From IMG/VR virus record IMGVR_UViG_3300020431_000005, positions 49,898 to 113,897 of that record: 64,000 bases of DNA; one strand, given 5' to 3'. A model generated the notes under the pieces. It had not been told where the DNA came from and did not search any database. It saw only the letters and a list, made by a program, of their open reading frames with translations. The stretch comes from a virus (taxonomy: Duplodnaviria > Caudoviricetes). Positions 8,330 through 18,493 of the stretch are shown here, one piece after another. Made by a program: the position numbers and the translations under genes. Each line of letters begins with the position of its first letter. Within the stretch, counting starts at the first letter, position 1.

Positions 8330-8953
8330 ATGGCAACGTCAAACGTAAGTCAATTTCTTCAGACAATTGGGCAAGGTGTCAAGCCCAATATGTTCTTGGT
8401 TGACATCAAATTCCCAGATGAATTAGGTGGTTCATCTACAGCACTAGGAACTGATCTTTCAAATATTCTTTGTAAGTCAGCAGCACTTCCAGGTTCTAAC
8501 TTGGGTGTTATTGAAGTTCCTTTCCGTGGTAGAACAGTTAAAATCGCAGGTGATCGCACCTTCGATACATGGTCTGCAACCTTCTTCAATGATAAGAACA
8601 TGGAACTCCGTGGTCTATTTGAAGAGTGGGCAAATCAACTCAACACCCATGAAGCAAATACTGCTCCTAGGTTCCTACCTGATAGTGCAAGTACTGGATA
8701 CATGGCAAGTCTCTATGTAACTCAACTAGAGAAAGATGATTCGGAAGGTGGTTCTGCAGTCAGAACTTACAAACTCCATCATTGCTTCCCAACCAACATC
8801 TCTCAGATTGATCTTGCTTATGATAGCAACGATCAGATTGAAGAGTTTACAGTTGAATGGCAGTATTCCTTCTTCACCGCGCAGAAGGAAAATAGCGAGA
8901 CCTCTGGTTCCGCTAATGTCAAGGGTACTGCATCTGCTAAGACTGTGGTCTGA
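8330..8953 (+). CDS. gp19: Tail tube protein gp19
   Basis: CKSAALPGSNLGVIEVPFRGRTVKIAGDRTFDTW, IEEFTVEWQY. Confidence 0.96.
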   Translation: MATSNVSQFLQTIGQGVKPNMFLVDIKFPDELGGSSTALGTDLSNILCKSAALPGSNLGVIEVPFRGRTVKIAGDRTFDTWSATFFNDKNMELRGLFEEWANQLNTHEANTAPRFLPDSASTGYMASLYVTQLEKDDSEGGSAVRTYKLHHCFPTNISQIDLAYDSNDQIEEFTVEWQYSFFTAQKENSETSGSANVKGTASAKTVV

Positions 8954-8959
8954 TAAATA
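8952..8959 (+). promoter_or_regulatory. Late promoter (gp20)
   Basis: GATAAATA (NATAAATA) upstream of the portal gene. Confidence 0.55.
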
Positions 8960-8989
8960 GTTGGAAGCGCACAAGTTGAATAGATAATC

Positions 8990-10693
8990 ATGAGTCAGTT
9001 ATTTGGCTTCCAAATTAACAGAAAAGAGGGGCAGCGAGGTCAATCTCCTGTCCCTCCTTCTGCTGAAGATCCAGTTGCAGTAGCCGCTGGTGGGTATTAT
9101 GGAACGTATGTAGATACAGACAATCAAGCTCGTAATGAGTTTGAGATGATCCGTCGTTATCGCGACATGGCAATTCACCCTGAGGTGGATAGTGCCGTAG
9201 ATGAAGTTGTAAACGAGTTTATCGTAAGTGATGCTTACGATTCTCCTGTAGAAATTAACTTAGATAATCTAGGTGTTGGTGCTGGAGTAAAAACTAAAAT
9301 TCGTAATGAGTTTGAGTATCTGAAAAGACTTTTAAACTTCGACAATCGAGCACATGAGATTGTCCGAACTTGGTATATTGATGGACGTTTATTTTATCAT
9401 AAGGTTATCGATTTAGATAATCCTAAAAAAGGTATTACAGAACTTCGTTATATTGATCCGATGAAGATCAAGAAAGTTCGTCAAAAAATTGACAATACTC
9501 CAAAAGATTCTCTAGCGAAAGCAGCAATCAAAGGCACGGCGCTTGAGTATGAATATGGAACGTTTGTTGATTACTATCTTTACAATCCAAAAGGTTTCTA
9601 TAAAGGCGGTGTCCTAGGACCGATTGGAGATATGTCTTTGTCTCAGGGTGTCAAGATGGCAACTGATTCGATTACATTCTGTCCCTCTGGACTACAAGAT
9701 TTAAACAAAAGAATGACTCTTGGTTTCCTACACAAGGCAATCAAGACTCTCAATCAATTAAGAATGATTGAAGATTCAATTGTTATCTACAGATTATCAC
9801 GCGCACCTGAGCGTAGAATTTTCTACATCGATGTTGGTAATCTACCTAAAGTTAAAGCAGAGCAATACCTGCGTGATGTCATGTCTCGCTATCGTAACAA
9901 ACTAGTGTATGACGCAAACACTGGTGAGATGCGTGATGACAAAAAGCATATGAGTATGCTTGAAGATTTCTGGTTGCCTCGTAGAGAGGGTGGTCGTGGT
10001 ACTGAAATTACTACGCTGCCTGGAGGACAGAACCTTGGAGAACTTAAGGACGTTGAGTATTTTAAAAAGAAACTTTATAACTCTCTCAATCTTCCTCCCT
10101 CTCGTCTCACAGACGATAGCAAAGGATTCAATCTCGGTAAAACCACTGAAGTCCTCCGTGACGAACTTAAGTTCACGAAGTTCATTGGTCGTCTCCGCAA
10201 GAGATTCTCTGAGATGTTCCATGACATGCTCAAGACTCAACTCATTCTTAAAGGAGTAATTTCTCCTGAAGACTGGGATGATATGAAGGAGCATATCCAG
10301 TATGACTATCTCTTTGACAATCATTTCAATGAACTAAAAGAAATTGAAATGATGAACCAGAGGATGATGACTGTAAGTCAGATGGATCCTTTTGTTGGCA
10401 AATATTTCTCTGTTGAATATATCCGTCGTCATGTTCTAAATCAAAAAGATACAGAATATAAGGATATTGACAAGCAGATAAAAGCAGAGATTGCTTCTGG
10501 TCTCTCTGTTGATCCGGCAGAAACAAATGCTATGGATCAAATGACAGCAGCAAACACTGCCCTTGCTCCTGAAATTCAGGATCAGCAAGCACAAGATGCT
10601 GCAGAAAGACAAGAACTTGCTGCGGATGCTGCGTCGGAAAGAGAAGTATCCAAGGCAAAGAAAATGCCTTCACCTTCTACAAATAATAAATAA
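8990..10693 (+). CDS. gp20: Portal protein gp20
   Basis: YRLSRAPERRIFYIDVGNLPK, MLEDFWLPRREGGRGTEITTLPGGQNLG. Confidence 0.98.
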   Translation: MSQLFGFQINRKEGQRGQSPVPPSAEDPVAVAAGGYYGTYVDTDNQARNEFEMIRRYRDMAIHPEVDSAVDEVVNEFIVSDAYDSPVEINLDNLGVGAGVKTKIRNEFEYLKRLLNFDNRAHEIVRTWYIDGRLFYHKVIDLDNPKKGITELRYIDPMKIKKVRQKIDNTPKDSLAKAAIKGTALEYEYGTFVDYYLYNPKGFYKGGVLGPIGDMSLSQGVKMATDSITFCPSGLQDLNKRMTLGFLHKAIKTLNQLRMIEDSIVIYRLSRAPERRIFYIDVGNLPKVKAEQYLRDVMSRYRNKLVYDANTGEMRDDKKHMSMLEDFWLPRREGGRGTEITTLPGGQNLGELKDVEYFKKKLYNSLNLPPSRLTDDSKGFNLGKTTEVLRDELKFTKFIGRLRKRFSEMFHDMLKTQLILKGVISPEDWDDMKEHIQYDYLFDNHFNELKEIEMMNQRMMTVSQMDPFVGKYFSVEYIRRHVLNQKDTEYKDIDKQIKAEIASGLSVDPAETNAMDQMTAANTALAPEIQDQQAQDAAERQELAADAASEREVSKAKKMPSPSTNNK

Positions 10694-10712
10694 ATTATAC
10701 AGAATACTTATT

Positions 10713-10925
10713 ATGGAACAACATAACCCTGAACCTGGCGTGGTAAATATCGTTGATAAGATCAGCGACAACGACAGGGCATCTGCTATTGATGCTATTC
10801 ATGATCTACTTTTTGCTAAAGCATCTGATGCTATGGCAACATATAAGCAGGTTGCCGCGAATACATTCTTTGATGAACCTACCGAAACGGAAGAACCCGA
10901 TGAAACTGATAACGGAAACGATTGA
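10713..10925 (+). CDS. Small acidic prohead core protein (gp67/gp68 position)
   Basis: 70 aa with acidic tail, between gp20 and gp21; AATAAATA upstream. Confidence 0.6.
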   Translation: MEQHNPEPGVVNIVDKISDNDRASAIDAIHDLLFAKASDAMATYKQVAANTFFDEPTETEEPDETDNGND

Positions 10926-11544
10926 GAACGTCAAAATCCTCACTGAGGAAAGAGACGGAAAGAAACTTCTTTATATTGAAGGAGTATTTTTACAGTCAGA
11001 ACTAAAGAACCGTAATGGTCGCATGTATCCTTTCGATGTTCTCAACAATGAAGTTGAGAGATACAACGAAGAGTATGTAAAATCAAAACGTGCTTTAGGT
11101 GAACTCGGTCATCCTGATGGTCCTACTATCAATCTTGATAGAGTATCACACAGAATCACAAGTCTTCGCGCTGAAGGAAATAACTTCATTGGTAAGGCAC
11201 AAATTCTAGATACACCTATGGGACAGATCGCTAAGTCTTTACTTGGCGAAGGAGTTCAGTTGGGTGTTTCATCTCGTGGTATGGGAAGCATTGAAAAGCG
11301 TGAAGATACTTCAGTAGTTCGCGATGACTTCATGCTTACAACTGCTGCTGATATCGTAGCAGATCCTTCCGCTCCCGATGCATTTGTTAATGGCATTATG
11401 GAAGGCAAAGAATGGGTATGGGACAACGGTATTCTTAAGGAATCAAAAGTTGATAAATACCAACGTTATATCAATGGCGCTCCGCGTCGTGAGTTAGAAG
11501 AGAGAACACTCAAGGTGTTTGAGGATTTCCTCGGAAAGCTTTGA
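10900..11544 (+). CDS. gp21: Prohead protease gp21
   Basis: KNRNGRMYP, ALGELGHP, GVSSRGMGS, DIVADPSAPDAFV; start MKLITE at 10900. Confidence 0.96.
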   Translation: MKLITETIENVKILTEERDGKKLLYIEGVFLQSELKNRNGRMYPFDVLNNEVERYNEEYVKSKRALGELGHPDGPTINLDRVSHRITSLRAEGNNFIGKAQILDTPMGQIAKSLLGEGVQLGVSSRGMGSIEKREDTSVVRDDFMLTTAADIVADPSAPDAFVNGIMEGKEWVWDNGILKESKVDKYQRYINGAPRRELEERTLKVFEDFLGKL

Positions 11545-11546
11545 TT

Positions 11547-11554
11547 TATAAATA
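11547..11554 (+). promoter_or_regulatory. Late promoter (gp22-gp23)
   Basis: Exact TATAAATA. Confidence 0.75.
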
Positions 11555-11597
11555 AACTTAGATTAATTATTTACGGAAAATTACGAGGTAATCTCAA

Positions 11598-12740
11598 ATG
11601 TCAGATATGTTAAATGAAAAATTTGAGGAGTTCGTTACCGAGCAAAAGGTGATTGTAGAAGCTGGCGATCCTATGCCAACAGTTTCTGCTAACATTATCC
11701 CCGGTGCTGGTAGCGAACCCTCTCAGGTTTCTGACGCGCAGACTGGTTCTGGCGGCAAGGATCCTATGCCTTCAGTTCAACCAGGTGTTGCTCCTGGACA
11801 ATCTGCTGCTGCAGATTTAGGTGGAACTTCCACCGCTCCTAATGAGGATGATGACGACGGCGAAGAGAATCCTGGCGCTAAAGCGGCAGCACCTATTTCG
11901 CAAGTATCTGGCGATCCCCAACAACGTGCCGGTAGTCCCGACGCTATGCCTACCGTTGGTGCTGATGTTGCATACGCGACTAGTACTGGACCTGCTGTTA
12001 CTTACCCCATCAAACCTTCTTTTGAAGAACTTGATGTTTCCGCTGATGTTGCCGCTCTAGTAGAAGGCACAGAACTCTCTGAAGAGTTCGCTGAGAAAGC
12101 AAAAGTCATTTTTGAGGCTGCTGTCAAAGCGAAAATCTCTGAGGAGTATGACAAACTTGTAGAGCACTTTGCTGCTGAACTCGATAAGCACGTATCATCT
12201 GCTAAGGCAGAACTTTCCGAGGAAGTAGACGGCACAGTGTCCTATGCCATCGGTCAATGGATGGAGCAAAACCAAGTTGCTATTGACCGTGGAATCAGAA
12301 ATGAGATCACTACAGACTTCATCGCAGGTTTGAAGGGTCTCTTTGAAGAGCACTACATTTCTATTCCCGACGAGAAAGTCGATGTTGTAGAAGGTATGGC
12401 TGAATCTATTCGTGAAATGGAAACCCGCCTTGACGAACAGGTCAAAGCAAACGTGAAATTACAAAATCGTCTTAACGAGTCTGCCAAACTCAATGTTCTG
12501 TCCACCGTGTCAGAAGGACTAGCAGATACTCAGAAAGAAAAACTCGCAGCACTTGCTGAGGGTCTAGAGTTTGTCTCGGAAGAGTCATTCTCCAAGAAGG
12601 TTACGACCATCAAGGAGTCTTACTTCAAAGAGTCAATCGCTACCCCAACGGAAGTTGTTGATGAATCCCCAGTTGAAGGTGTAGATGATTCTAACCCAGT
12701 AATGGCGCAGTATCTGAAAGCACTTGACCGCTGGTCCTAA
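11598..12740 (+). CDS. gp22: Prohead core scaffold gp22
   Basis: ELSEEFAEKAKVIFEAAV, GLKGLFEEHYI, IKESYF; position before gp23. Confidence 0.93.
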   Translation: MSDMLNEKFEEFVTEQKVIVEAGDPMPTVSANIIPGAGSEPSQVSDAQTGSGGKDPMPSVQPGVAPGQSAAADLGGTSTAPNEDDDDGEENPGAKAAAPISQVSGDPQQRAGSPDAMPTVGADVAYATSTGPAVTYPIKPSFEELDVSADVAALVEGTELSEEFAEKAKVIFEAAVKAKISEEYDKLVEHFAAELDKHVSSAKAELSEEVDGTVSYAIGQWMEQNQVAIDRGIRNEITTDFIAGLKGLFEEHYISIPDEKVDVVEGMAESIREMETRLDEQVKANVKLQNRLNESAKLNVLSTVSEGLADTQKEKLAALAEGLEFVSEESFSKKVTTIKESYFKESIATPTEVVDESPVEGVDDSNPVMAQYLKALDRWS

Positions 12741-12776
12741 TAATAAACCCCACATTTTTCAAACAAGAGCAAACAA

Positions 12777-14192
12777 ATGTTTAATTCAAAGGCTCTAACC
12801 GAAAAGTGGTCTCCTGTTCTAAGTCATGAAGGCGCTGGTGCCATCAAAGACAATTATAGAAAGGCTGTTACCGCTGTTCTGTTAGAAAACACAGAAAATC
12901 AACTACGCGAAGAGCGTGGTATGATGAACGAAGCTAGTACTGTTGGAGCTATCAGCGCAGCTGGTGGACAAGCACTAGGCGGTTCTGGTCTAACCACCAA
13001 GACTGGTGGACTTGCAGGTTTCGATCCTGTAATGATCAACCTTATCCGTCGTGCGGCACCTAACTTGGTTGCATACGACATCTGTGGCGTTCAACCCATG
13101 AGCGGTCCTACTGGACTTATCTTCGCAATGAAGAGCCACTACAACACCAGAGCTGGCGCTGAGGCACTCTACAACGAGCCTGACACCAACTTCTCTGGAA
13201 ACACTCAGGGTCCTGGCGCATACAACGATCCCGTATCTCCTCTTGGCGATGGCGGTTCGACTGATGCTAACCCTGGTCTGCTTAACGACGCCACTGGCGG
13301 CGGCACCACTGCTGCTAACTACGAGCGCCAAGCAGGCAACATTGCTAGAGAAACAGCAGAAGTTCTTGGATCGGGTTCGACCTTGTTCAACGAAATGGAC
13401 TTCAGCATCGAGAAGACTGCGGTCACTGCTAAGACCAGAGCTCTTCGCGCTGAGTACACTCTAGAATTGGCACAAGACCTTAAGGCAATCCACGGTCTTG
13501 ATGCAGAGCAGGAACTCGCTAACCTATTGTCTAGCGAAATCCTTGCTGAGATCAACCGTGAGGTTGTTCGTACCGTTTACACCGTTGCTAAGCCTGGTGC
13601 TCAGAACAACGTTGCTAACGCTGGTGTATTTGACCTCGACGTTGACAGCAACGGTCGTTGGTCGGTTGAGAAGTTCAAAGGACTTATGTTCCAAATCGAG
13701 CGCGATGCCAACGCTATCGCACAAGAGACTCGTAGAGGAAAGGGCAACTTCATCGTCACTTCTGCTGACGTTGCTTCTGCTCTTGCCATGTCTGGCACAC
13801 TCGACTATTCCTCAGGTCTAACTGGTTCTGGTGGTCCTTCCATCGGTGATGTTGATGACACCGGAAACCTTCTAGTCGGCACCATGAACGGTCGCATTAA
13901 GGTCTATGTTGATCCTTACTCTGCTAACGTTTCTAACACCCACTACTACGTAGTTGGTTATAAGGGTTCTTCCCCTTATGACGCAGGACTATTCTACTGC
14001 CCCTACGTTCCCCTCCAGATGCTACGCAGCATCGATCCTCAGACCTTCCAACCTAAGATTGGTTTCAAGACCCGCTACGGCATGGTCAGCAATCCTTTCG
14101 TTGAGTCTTCTGCAGGAACTCCTGATGCTGAAGCACTTACCGCTTCTAAGAACCAGTACTACAGACGTGTTCGCGTTGCGAACCTCGCCTGA
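12777..14192 (+). CDS. gp23: Major capsid protein gp23
   Basis: CGVQPMSGPTGLIFAM, ELAQDLKAIHGLDAE, FQPKIGFKTRYG. Confidence 0.98.
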   Translation: MFNSKALTEKWSPVLSHEGAGAIKDNYRKAVTAVLLENTENQLREERGMMNEASTVGAISAAGGQALGGSGLTTKTGGLAGFDPVMINLIRRAAPNLVAYDICGVQPMSGPTGLIFAMKSHYNTRAGAEALYNEPDTNFSGNTQGPGAYNDPVSPLGDGGSTDANPGLLNDATGGGTTAANYERQAGNIARETAEVLGSGSTLFNEMDFSIEKTAVTAKTRALRAEYTLELAQDLKAIHGLDAEQELANLLSSEILAEINREVVRTVYTVAKPGAQNNVANAGVFDLDVDSNGRWSVEKFKGLMFQIERDANAIAQETRRGKGNFIVTSADVASALAMSGTLDYSSGLTGSGGPSIGDVDDTGNLLVGTMNGRIKVYVDPYSANVSNTHYYVVGYKGSSPYDAGLFYCPYVPLQMLRSIDPQTFQPKIGFKTRYGMVSNPFVESSAGTPDAEALTASKNQYYRRVRVANLA

Positions 14193-14217
14193 TATCGGTT
14201 ATTACGAAATCAACACA

Positions 14218-14242
14218 GGGACGCTGCGGCGTCCCTTTTTTT
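14218..14242 (+). terminator. Rho-independent terminator after gp23
   Basis: GGGACGC-TGCG-GCGTCCC followed by T7. Confidence 0.9.
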
Positions 14243-14275
14243 GTGCTTAAATAGAAGTAGTAATTCTTTATCGTT

Positions 14276-14443
14276 ATGCCCCGTGGTCGCTTACAGAAAA
14301 CAGATATGCTTGCCAAAGTATATAAATTGAAAACTGAATTGTATGATAAAGAAACAAATCCTGGTATGACAGGTCAGTGGTATGACGGAGCTCATGATTC
14401 ACTAGATAAGATATTAGATATAATTAATGAATACGCACAATGA
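14276..14443 (+). CDS. Small hypothetical protein (55 aa, MPRGRLQKTDMLAKVYKLK...), not in ORF track
   Basis: Read manually; preceded by late-like TTAAATA. Confidence 0.6.
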   Translation: MPRGRLQKTDMLAKVYKLKTELYDKETNPGMTGQWYDGAHDSLDKILDIINEYAQ

Positions 14444-14510
14444 ATAATACAATAGAAGACGTAACTGATTCACAAAAAGACTGGGAAGATTTTTGGTACA
14501 ATGAAGATAA

Positions 14511-14987
14511 ATGATTGAAATTAGTAATTTTATATCAAACGAATATTGTGATAAATTAATAAAAATACATCAACAACATTGCAACACTAAAGTAGAACCA
14601 TTTAAACAAAGACCATACTACGTCAATGGAAAGTTTCCAGATATAGAAAATAAAGTAAAGAAAATTTGTAAAAACCTTTCCCCACTATCACTGTTAGATA
14701 CAACTGCTATTGTACATTGGTCTGTTGGATCATATATGAAACCACATTATGATCACCCAAAAGATTTGTTTGCATGTGTCATATACTTAAACGATGATTA
14801 CAAAGGAGGACAAACATGTTTTGATGGAGTAGAGATCCAACCAGAAAAAGGAAAGTTGTTTTTATTTTCTTCTTGTGGTGTAAAACATTGGGTTAATATG
14901 ATATCTGAATCTGATAGATATACTATTGGATTGTGGATTGCCAAAACAGATCCATACACATATGTTCCTGGAATAAATACTAAGTAG
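14511..14987 (+). CDS. 2OG-Fe(II) oxygenase (prolyl-hydroxylase-like)
   Basis: PHYD, YLNDDYKGG, H (VKHWV) and RYT motifs. Confidence 0.85.
   Translation: MIEISNFISNEYCDKLIKIHQQHCNTKVEPFKQRPYYVNGKFPDIENKVKKICKNLSPLSLLDTTAIVHWSVGSYMKPHYDHPKDLFACVIYLNDDYKGGQTCFDGVEIQPEKGKLFLFSSCGVKHWVNMISESDRYTIGLWIAKTDPYTYVPGINTK
14972..14979 (+). promoter_or_regulatory. Late promoter (gp3)
   Basis: AATAAATA just upstream of gp3. Confidence 0.55.
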
Positions 14988-15001
14988 CTTGGGAAGTTGA
15001 T

Positions 15002-15523
15002 ATGTCTGCTGATTGGTATAAGGAACAACCTACTAACAGGAATTTCCTGAACCCTATTGGTTATCTCCTCAAATTAGAAAAATTTGAAGGAGTAGATTTC
15101 TTTTGTCAAAGAGCAAATGTCCCCGACATTACAATGCCAACTACGGAAGTTGTAAGTCCTTTTAGAAACTTGCCTATCCTTCCTGGTGGTGGAGTAACGT
15201 TTGGGGATCTTTCTGTATCTTTTATTGTAGATGAAGATTTAAAAAATTATAATAGTATTCATAAGTGGATTCGTGATAATGGCAATGCAGATCAGATGCA
15301 ACGCACTACACCAAAAAATGACATCTTGACAAATGGTTTACTGCATATTGTTACTTCACAATACAATCCAGCATTTGTTGTAGAGTTTAAGGATATATTT
15401 CCTGTATCACTATCAGGATTAAATTTTGATGCTACAATAACAGATGTAGAATACATTACTGCTGAAATTACATTCAAGCATCAACAGTTCTTCATTCGTG
15501 ATAAAAACTTACAACCTCTATGA
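15002..15523 (+). CDS. gp3: Tail completion/tube terminator gp3
   Basis: NFLNPIG, FFCQRANVP, FIVDEDLKNY, FPVSLSGLNFDA. Confidence 0.9.
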   Translation: MSADWYKEQPTNRNFLNPIGYLLKLEKFEGVDFFCQRANVPDITMPTTEVVSPFRNLPILPGGGVTFGDLSVSFIVDEDLKNYNSIHKWIRDNGNADQMQRTTPKNDILTNGLLHIVTSQYNPAFVVEFKDIFPVSLSGLNFDATITDVEYITAEITFKHQQFFIRDKNLQPL

Positions 15524-15993
15524 ATTTTGAAACCCTTCGTAATAAATTTGACAAACTGAGAGAAGACTGGACAGAAGATTCTGCAGTTGACTTTCAATTT
15601 AAGAACAAACAGTATACCACGGATCTGGGGCAACTTGCATTATCGATCCCTTTCCAACACAATAAATACTTAAACCATTACACTGACATTCAGCAGATCA
15701 AGACTTCGCTGGAATTTGAGACCCGCAAACTGGTAAAGAATAAACGTGAGTATTACTCTGGCGAAGCAGACGCTAAGACATACGCCGCCAAACCATTCGG
15801 ATCAAGCATTAAGACTTCGGAAAAAATGAGAACTTACCTTGAGGCAGATGAGGAGATCATCAACCTTGAGGCGAAGATCAAATATCTAGACCAGATGCTT
15901 TACTGGTTGGATCAAGTCATGCGTCAAATTTCTAATAGAGGTTTCCAGGTCAAGAGTGCCATTGAGTGGGAGAAATTCGTTAATGGACAATGA
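15520..15993 (+). CDS. uvsY: Recombination mediator UvsY
   Basis: EYYSG, YLEADEE, RGFQVKSAIEW.KF; adjacent to uvsW. Confidence 0.9.
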   Translation: MNFETLRNKFDKLREDWTEDSAVDFQFKNKQYTTDLGQLALSIPFQHNKYLNHYTDIQQIKTSLEFETRKLVKNKREYYSGEADAKTYAAKPFGSSIKTSEKMRTYLEADEEIINLEAKIKYLDQMLYWLDQVMRQISNRGFQVKSAIEWEKFVNGQ

Positions 15994-17462
15994 TGACCAC
16001 CCTCAGTATCAAAAAGAAAAACGAAGTATACGTTACTATTCAATCTGCTGAGCCACATGTACATCAGGAACTCTCAGATTACTTTTCGTTTGAAGTTCCC
16101 GAAGCAAAGTTCCTGAAGAAGAATCCCAGATACAAATACTGGGATGGAACTATTCGTCTGTACTCTCCTGGTACAGGCGACCTTTATGGTGGTCTGATGA
16201 AGCACCTGCAGGTATGGGCAAACGAGCGACAATATAAAGTTGAGTATGAAACTAATGACTGGTATGGAGAAGTCAGAGAAACTAACGACTTTGTTTCATA
16301 CGCAGGCATTGAAACATTTATGAATAAAATTACACGATCTGAAATTAAACCAAGGGTGTATCAGTATCGTGCAGTTTATGAAGCAATTAAAAATAATAGA
16401 AAACTTTTACTTTCTCCTACGGGCAGCGGAAAGAGTTTGATGATCTATTCCCTCGTCAGATACTATACTGCTACCAACAAGAAAACGCTCATCATCGTTC
16501 CTACTACGTCCTTGGTGGAACAAATGGTCAATGACTTTAATGACTACGGATGGAACGCTGACGATCATGTGCATAAGATTTATTCGGGCAAGGATAAGAA
16601 TACGGATAAACCAATTGTTATTTCAACTTGGCAATCAATCTACAAGTTTCCGAAAAGATACTTTGATGATATTGATTGTGTTATCGGAGATGAGGCACAC
16701 CTATTTAAGTCGAAGTCCCTCACGGGAATTATGACTAAACTCCACAACGCTAAGTATAGGTTTGGTTTTACTGGAACCCTGGACGGCACCAAGACTCACA
16801 AGTGGGTATTGGAAGGATTGTTTGGCGACTGTGAACAAGTTACTAAAACAGACAGTTTAATTAAGGAAGGTTATCTTTCTAAATTTAGGATCAAAATCTT
16901 ACTTTGTAAACATGCTCCGCAACACTTTGAATCATATCATGAGGAGATTGATTACCTAGTAGAGCATCGTGGTAGAAATAATTTGATTAAAAATTTAGTA
17001 AAAGATATTGAAGGAAACACTCTTGTGTTATTTAACTATATCGAGAAGCACGGTGAACCACTTTTAGAATTGATAAATAGCACCATAGACCCCGAGCGAA
17101 AAGTATTTTTTGTTCACGGTGGTACTGATGTAGAAGATAGAGAAGAAGTCCGACAACTTACTGAAACTGAGAACAATGCAGTAATCATTGCTTCTTATGG
17201 CACATTCTCTACAGGGATTAACATCAAACGATTACACAATATTATTTTTGCTTCCCCAAGTAAGTCGCGCATTCGCAACCTCCAGTCCATCGGACGTGTC
17301 CTCAGGAAAGGCGAAGGAAAAGATATAGCAACCTTATACGATATCGCTGATGACATTGGCGGTCAGAATTATACCCTTAGACATTTGAATGAAAGAGTTA
17401 ACATTTACAATGAAGAGAATTTTAAGTATGAGGTTATAAAAGTAAACCTTAGAGCAAGTTAA
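15990..17462 (+). CDS. uvsW: UvsW SF2 helicase
   Basis: SPTGSGKS, GDEAH, FTGT, STGINI, LQSIGRVLR. Confidence 0.95.
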   Translation: MMTTLSIKKKNEVYVTIQSAEPHVHQELSDYFSFEVPEAKFLKKNPRYKYWDGTIRLYSPGTGDLYGGLMKHLQVWANERQYKVEYETNDWYGEVRETNDFVSYAGIETFMNKITRSEIKPRVYQYRAVYEAIKNNRKLLLSPTGSGKSLMIYSLVRYYTATNKKTLIIVPTTSLVEQMVNDFNDYGWNADDHVHKIYSGKDKNTDKPIVISTWQSIYKFPKRYFDDIDCVIGDEAHLFKSKSLTGIMTKLHNAKYRFGFTGTLDGTKTHKWVLEGLFGDCEQVTKTDSLIKEGYLSKFRIKILLCKHAPQHFESYHEEIDYLVEHRGRNNLIKNLVKDIEGNTLVLFNYIEKHGEPLLELINSTIDPERKVFFVHGGTDVEDREEVRQLTETENNAVIIASYGTFSTGINIKRLHNIIFASPSKSRIRNLQSIGRVLRKGEGKDIATLYDIADDIGGQNYTLRHLNERVNIYNEENFKYEVIKVNLRAS

Positions 17463-17464
17463 AT

Positions 17465-17863
17465 ATGGAAGAAGAATTCTATGCAACTATTAAATTAGTA
17501 TCCGGTGAAGAGTTAGTATCAAAAGTATGTTATCTTACTGAAGAAGATAAGATAATGTTAGAGAGACCTCTTATGGTTGAAAATTCTAAACTAAAAAAAG
17601 GTCAATTAGAAGTAACAGGTTTTGCTTTGAAAGAATGGATCTCTGCTACATTTGATAATATGTTTATTATTAAAAGAGATCATGTTATTACCATAACTCA
17701 AATTGAAGGAGAAATTGTTGACTTCTATGAAAAAACTCTCAACCGATTAGAAACTGGAAAGTCTCTAGCGGGTAGAGGAAATAAGATACCTAGAGGATCT
17801 GGATACCTAGGTTCAGTAAAGGAAATGAAAAAATCTTTAGAAGATCTATTTAATAAAAGCTAA
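17465..17863 (+). CDS. Conserved hypothetical, probable Sm-like fold
   Basis: IKLVSGEELVSKV...ERPL...W...IKRDHVITI pattern. Confidence 0.6.
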   Translation: MEEEFYATIKLVSGEELVSKVCYLTEEDKIMLERPLMVENSKLKKGQLEVTGFALKEWISATFDNMFIIKRDHVITITQIEGEIVDFYEKTLNRLETGKSLAGRGNKIPRGSGYLGSVKEMKKSLEDLFNKS

Positions 17864-17895
17864 GAGCTACAACCCTTCTGAACTCTGACATAGTT

Positions 17896-17924
17896 ATTCT
17901 ACTGAGTTTATGGGGATCTGTCAA
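17896..17924 (-). promoter_or_regulatory. Antisense sigma70-type promoter
   Basis: Minus strand TTGACA (17924-17919), 17 nt, TAGAAT (17901-17896). Confidence 0.55.
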
Positions 17925-17927
17925 GCT

Positions 17928-17956
17928 TTGACAATAATCGAATAGAGTGGTATACT
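17928..17956 (+). promoter_or_regulatory. Sigma70-type promoter for gp55-gp47-gp46
   Basis: TTGACA (17928-33), 17 nt, TATACT (17951-56). Confidence 0.85.
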
Positions 17957-17983
17957 TAATATTATGATAATGTAAGGCAAACC

Positions 17984-18493
17984 GTGGCATACACAGTAAT
18001 GGCAAAAAGAAAGCAAACCGAATATTACGTTAATAACAAAGAGTTTCTCGCTGCTATCACTGAGTATCGAGACAAAGTTATTAAAGCAAAAGAACAAGAA
18101 AAACCTCGACCGCGTGTTACTAATTACATTGGTGAGTGTTTCCTTAAGATCGCTACACATCTATCATATAAACCAAACTTTGTCAACTACATGTTCCGTG
18201 AGGACATGATCTGTGATGGTATTGAGAACTGCCTACAGTATATTGACAACTTCAATCCAGAAAAATCTCAGAACCCGTTTGCCTACTTCACTCAAATTAT
18301 CTACTACGCTTTCTTGCGTCGTATTCAGAAAGAGAAAAAGCAACTAGAGATCAAGGGCAAGATCCTAGAACGTTCTGGATATGATGAGGTTATGCATACT
18401 GATACTTACGATGGTACAATGTCTGGTATGAACGCTTCGTATTCTGACATGGGTAGTATCAAAGAAAACATTGAGACAAGAATGAACCGATGA
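17984..18493 (+). CDS. gp55: Late sigma factor gp55
   Basis: YYVNNKEF, MICDGIENC, NPFAYFTQIIYYAFLRRIQKEKKQ (start may be ATG 17999). Confidence 0.95.
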   Translation: MAYTVMAKRKQTEYYVNNKEFLAAITEYRDKVIKAKEQEKPRPRVTNYIGECFLKIATHLSYKPNFVNYMFREDMICDGIENCLQYIDNFNPEKSQNPFAYFTQIIYYAFLRRIQKEKKQLEIKGKILERSGYDEVMHTDTYDGTMSGMNASYSDMGSIKENIETRMNR

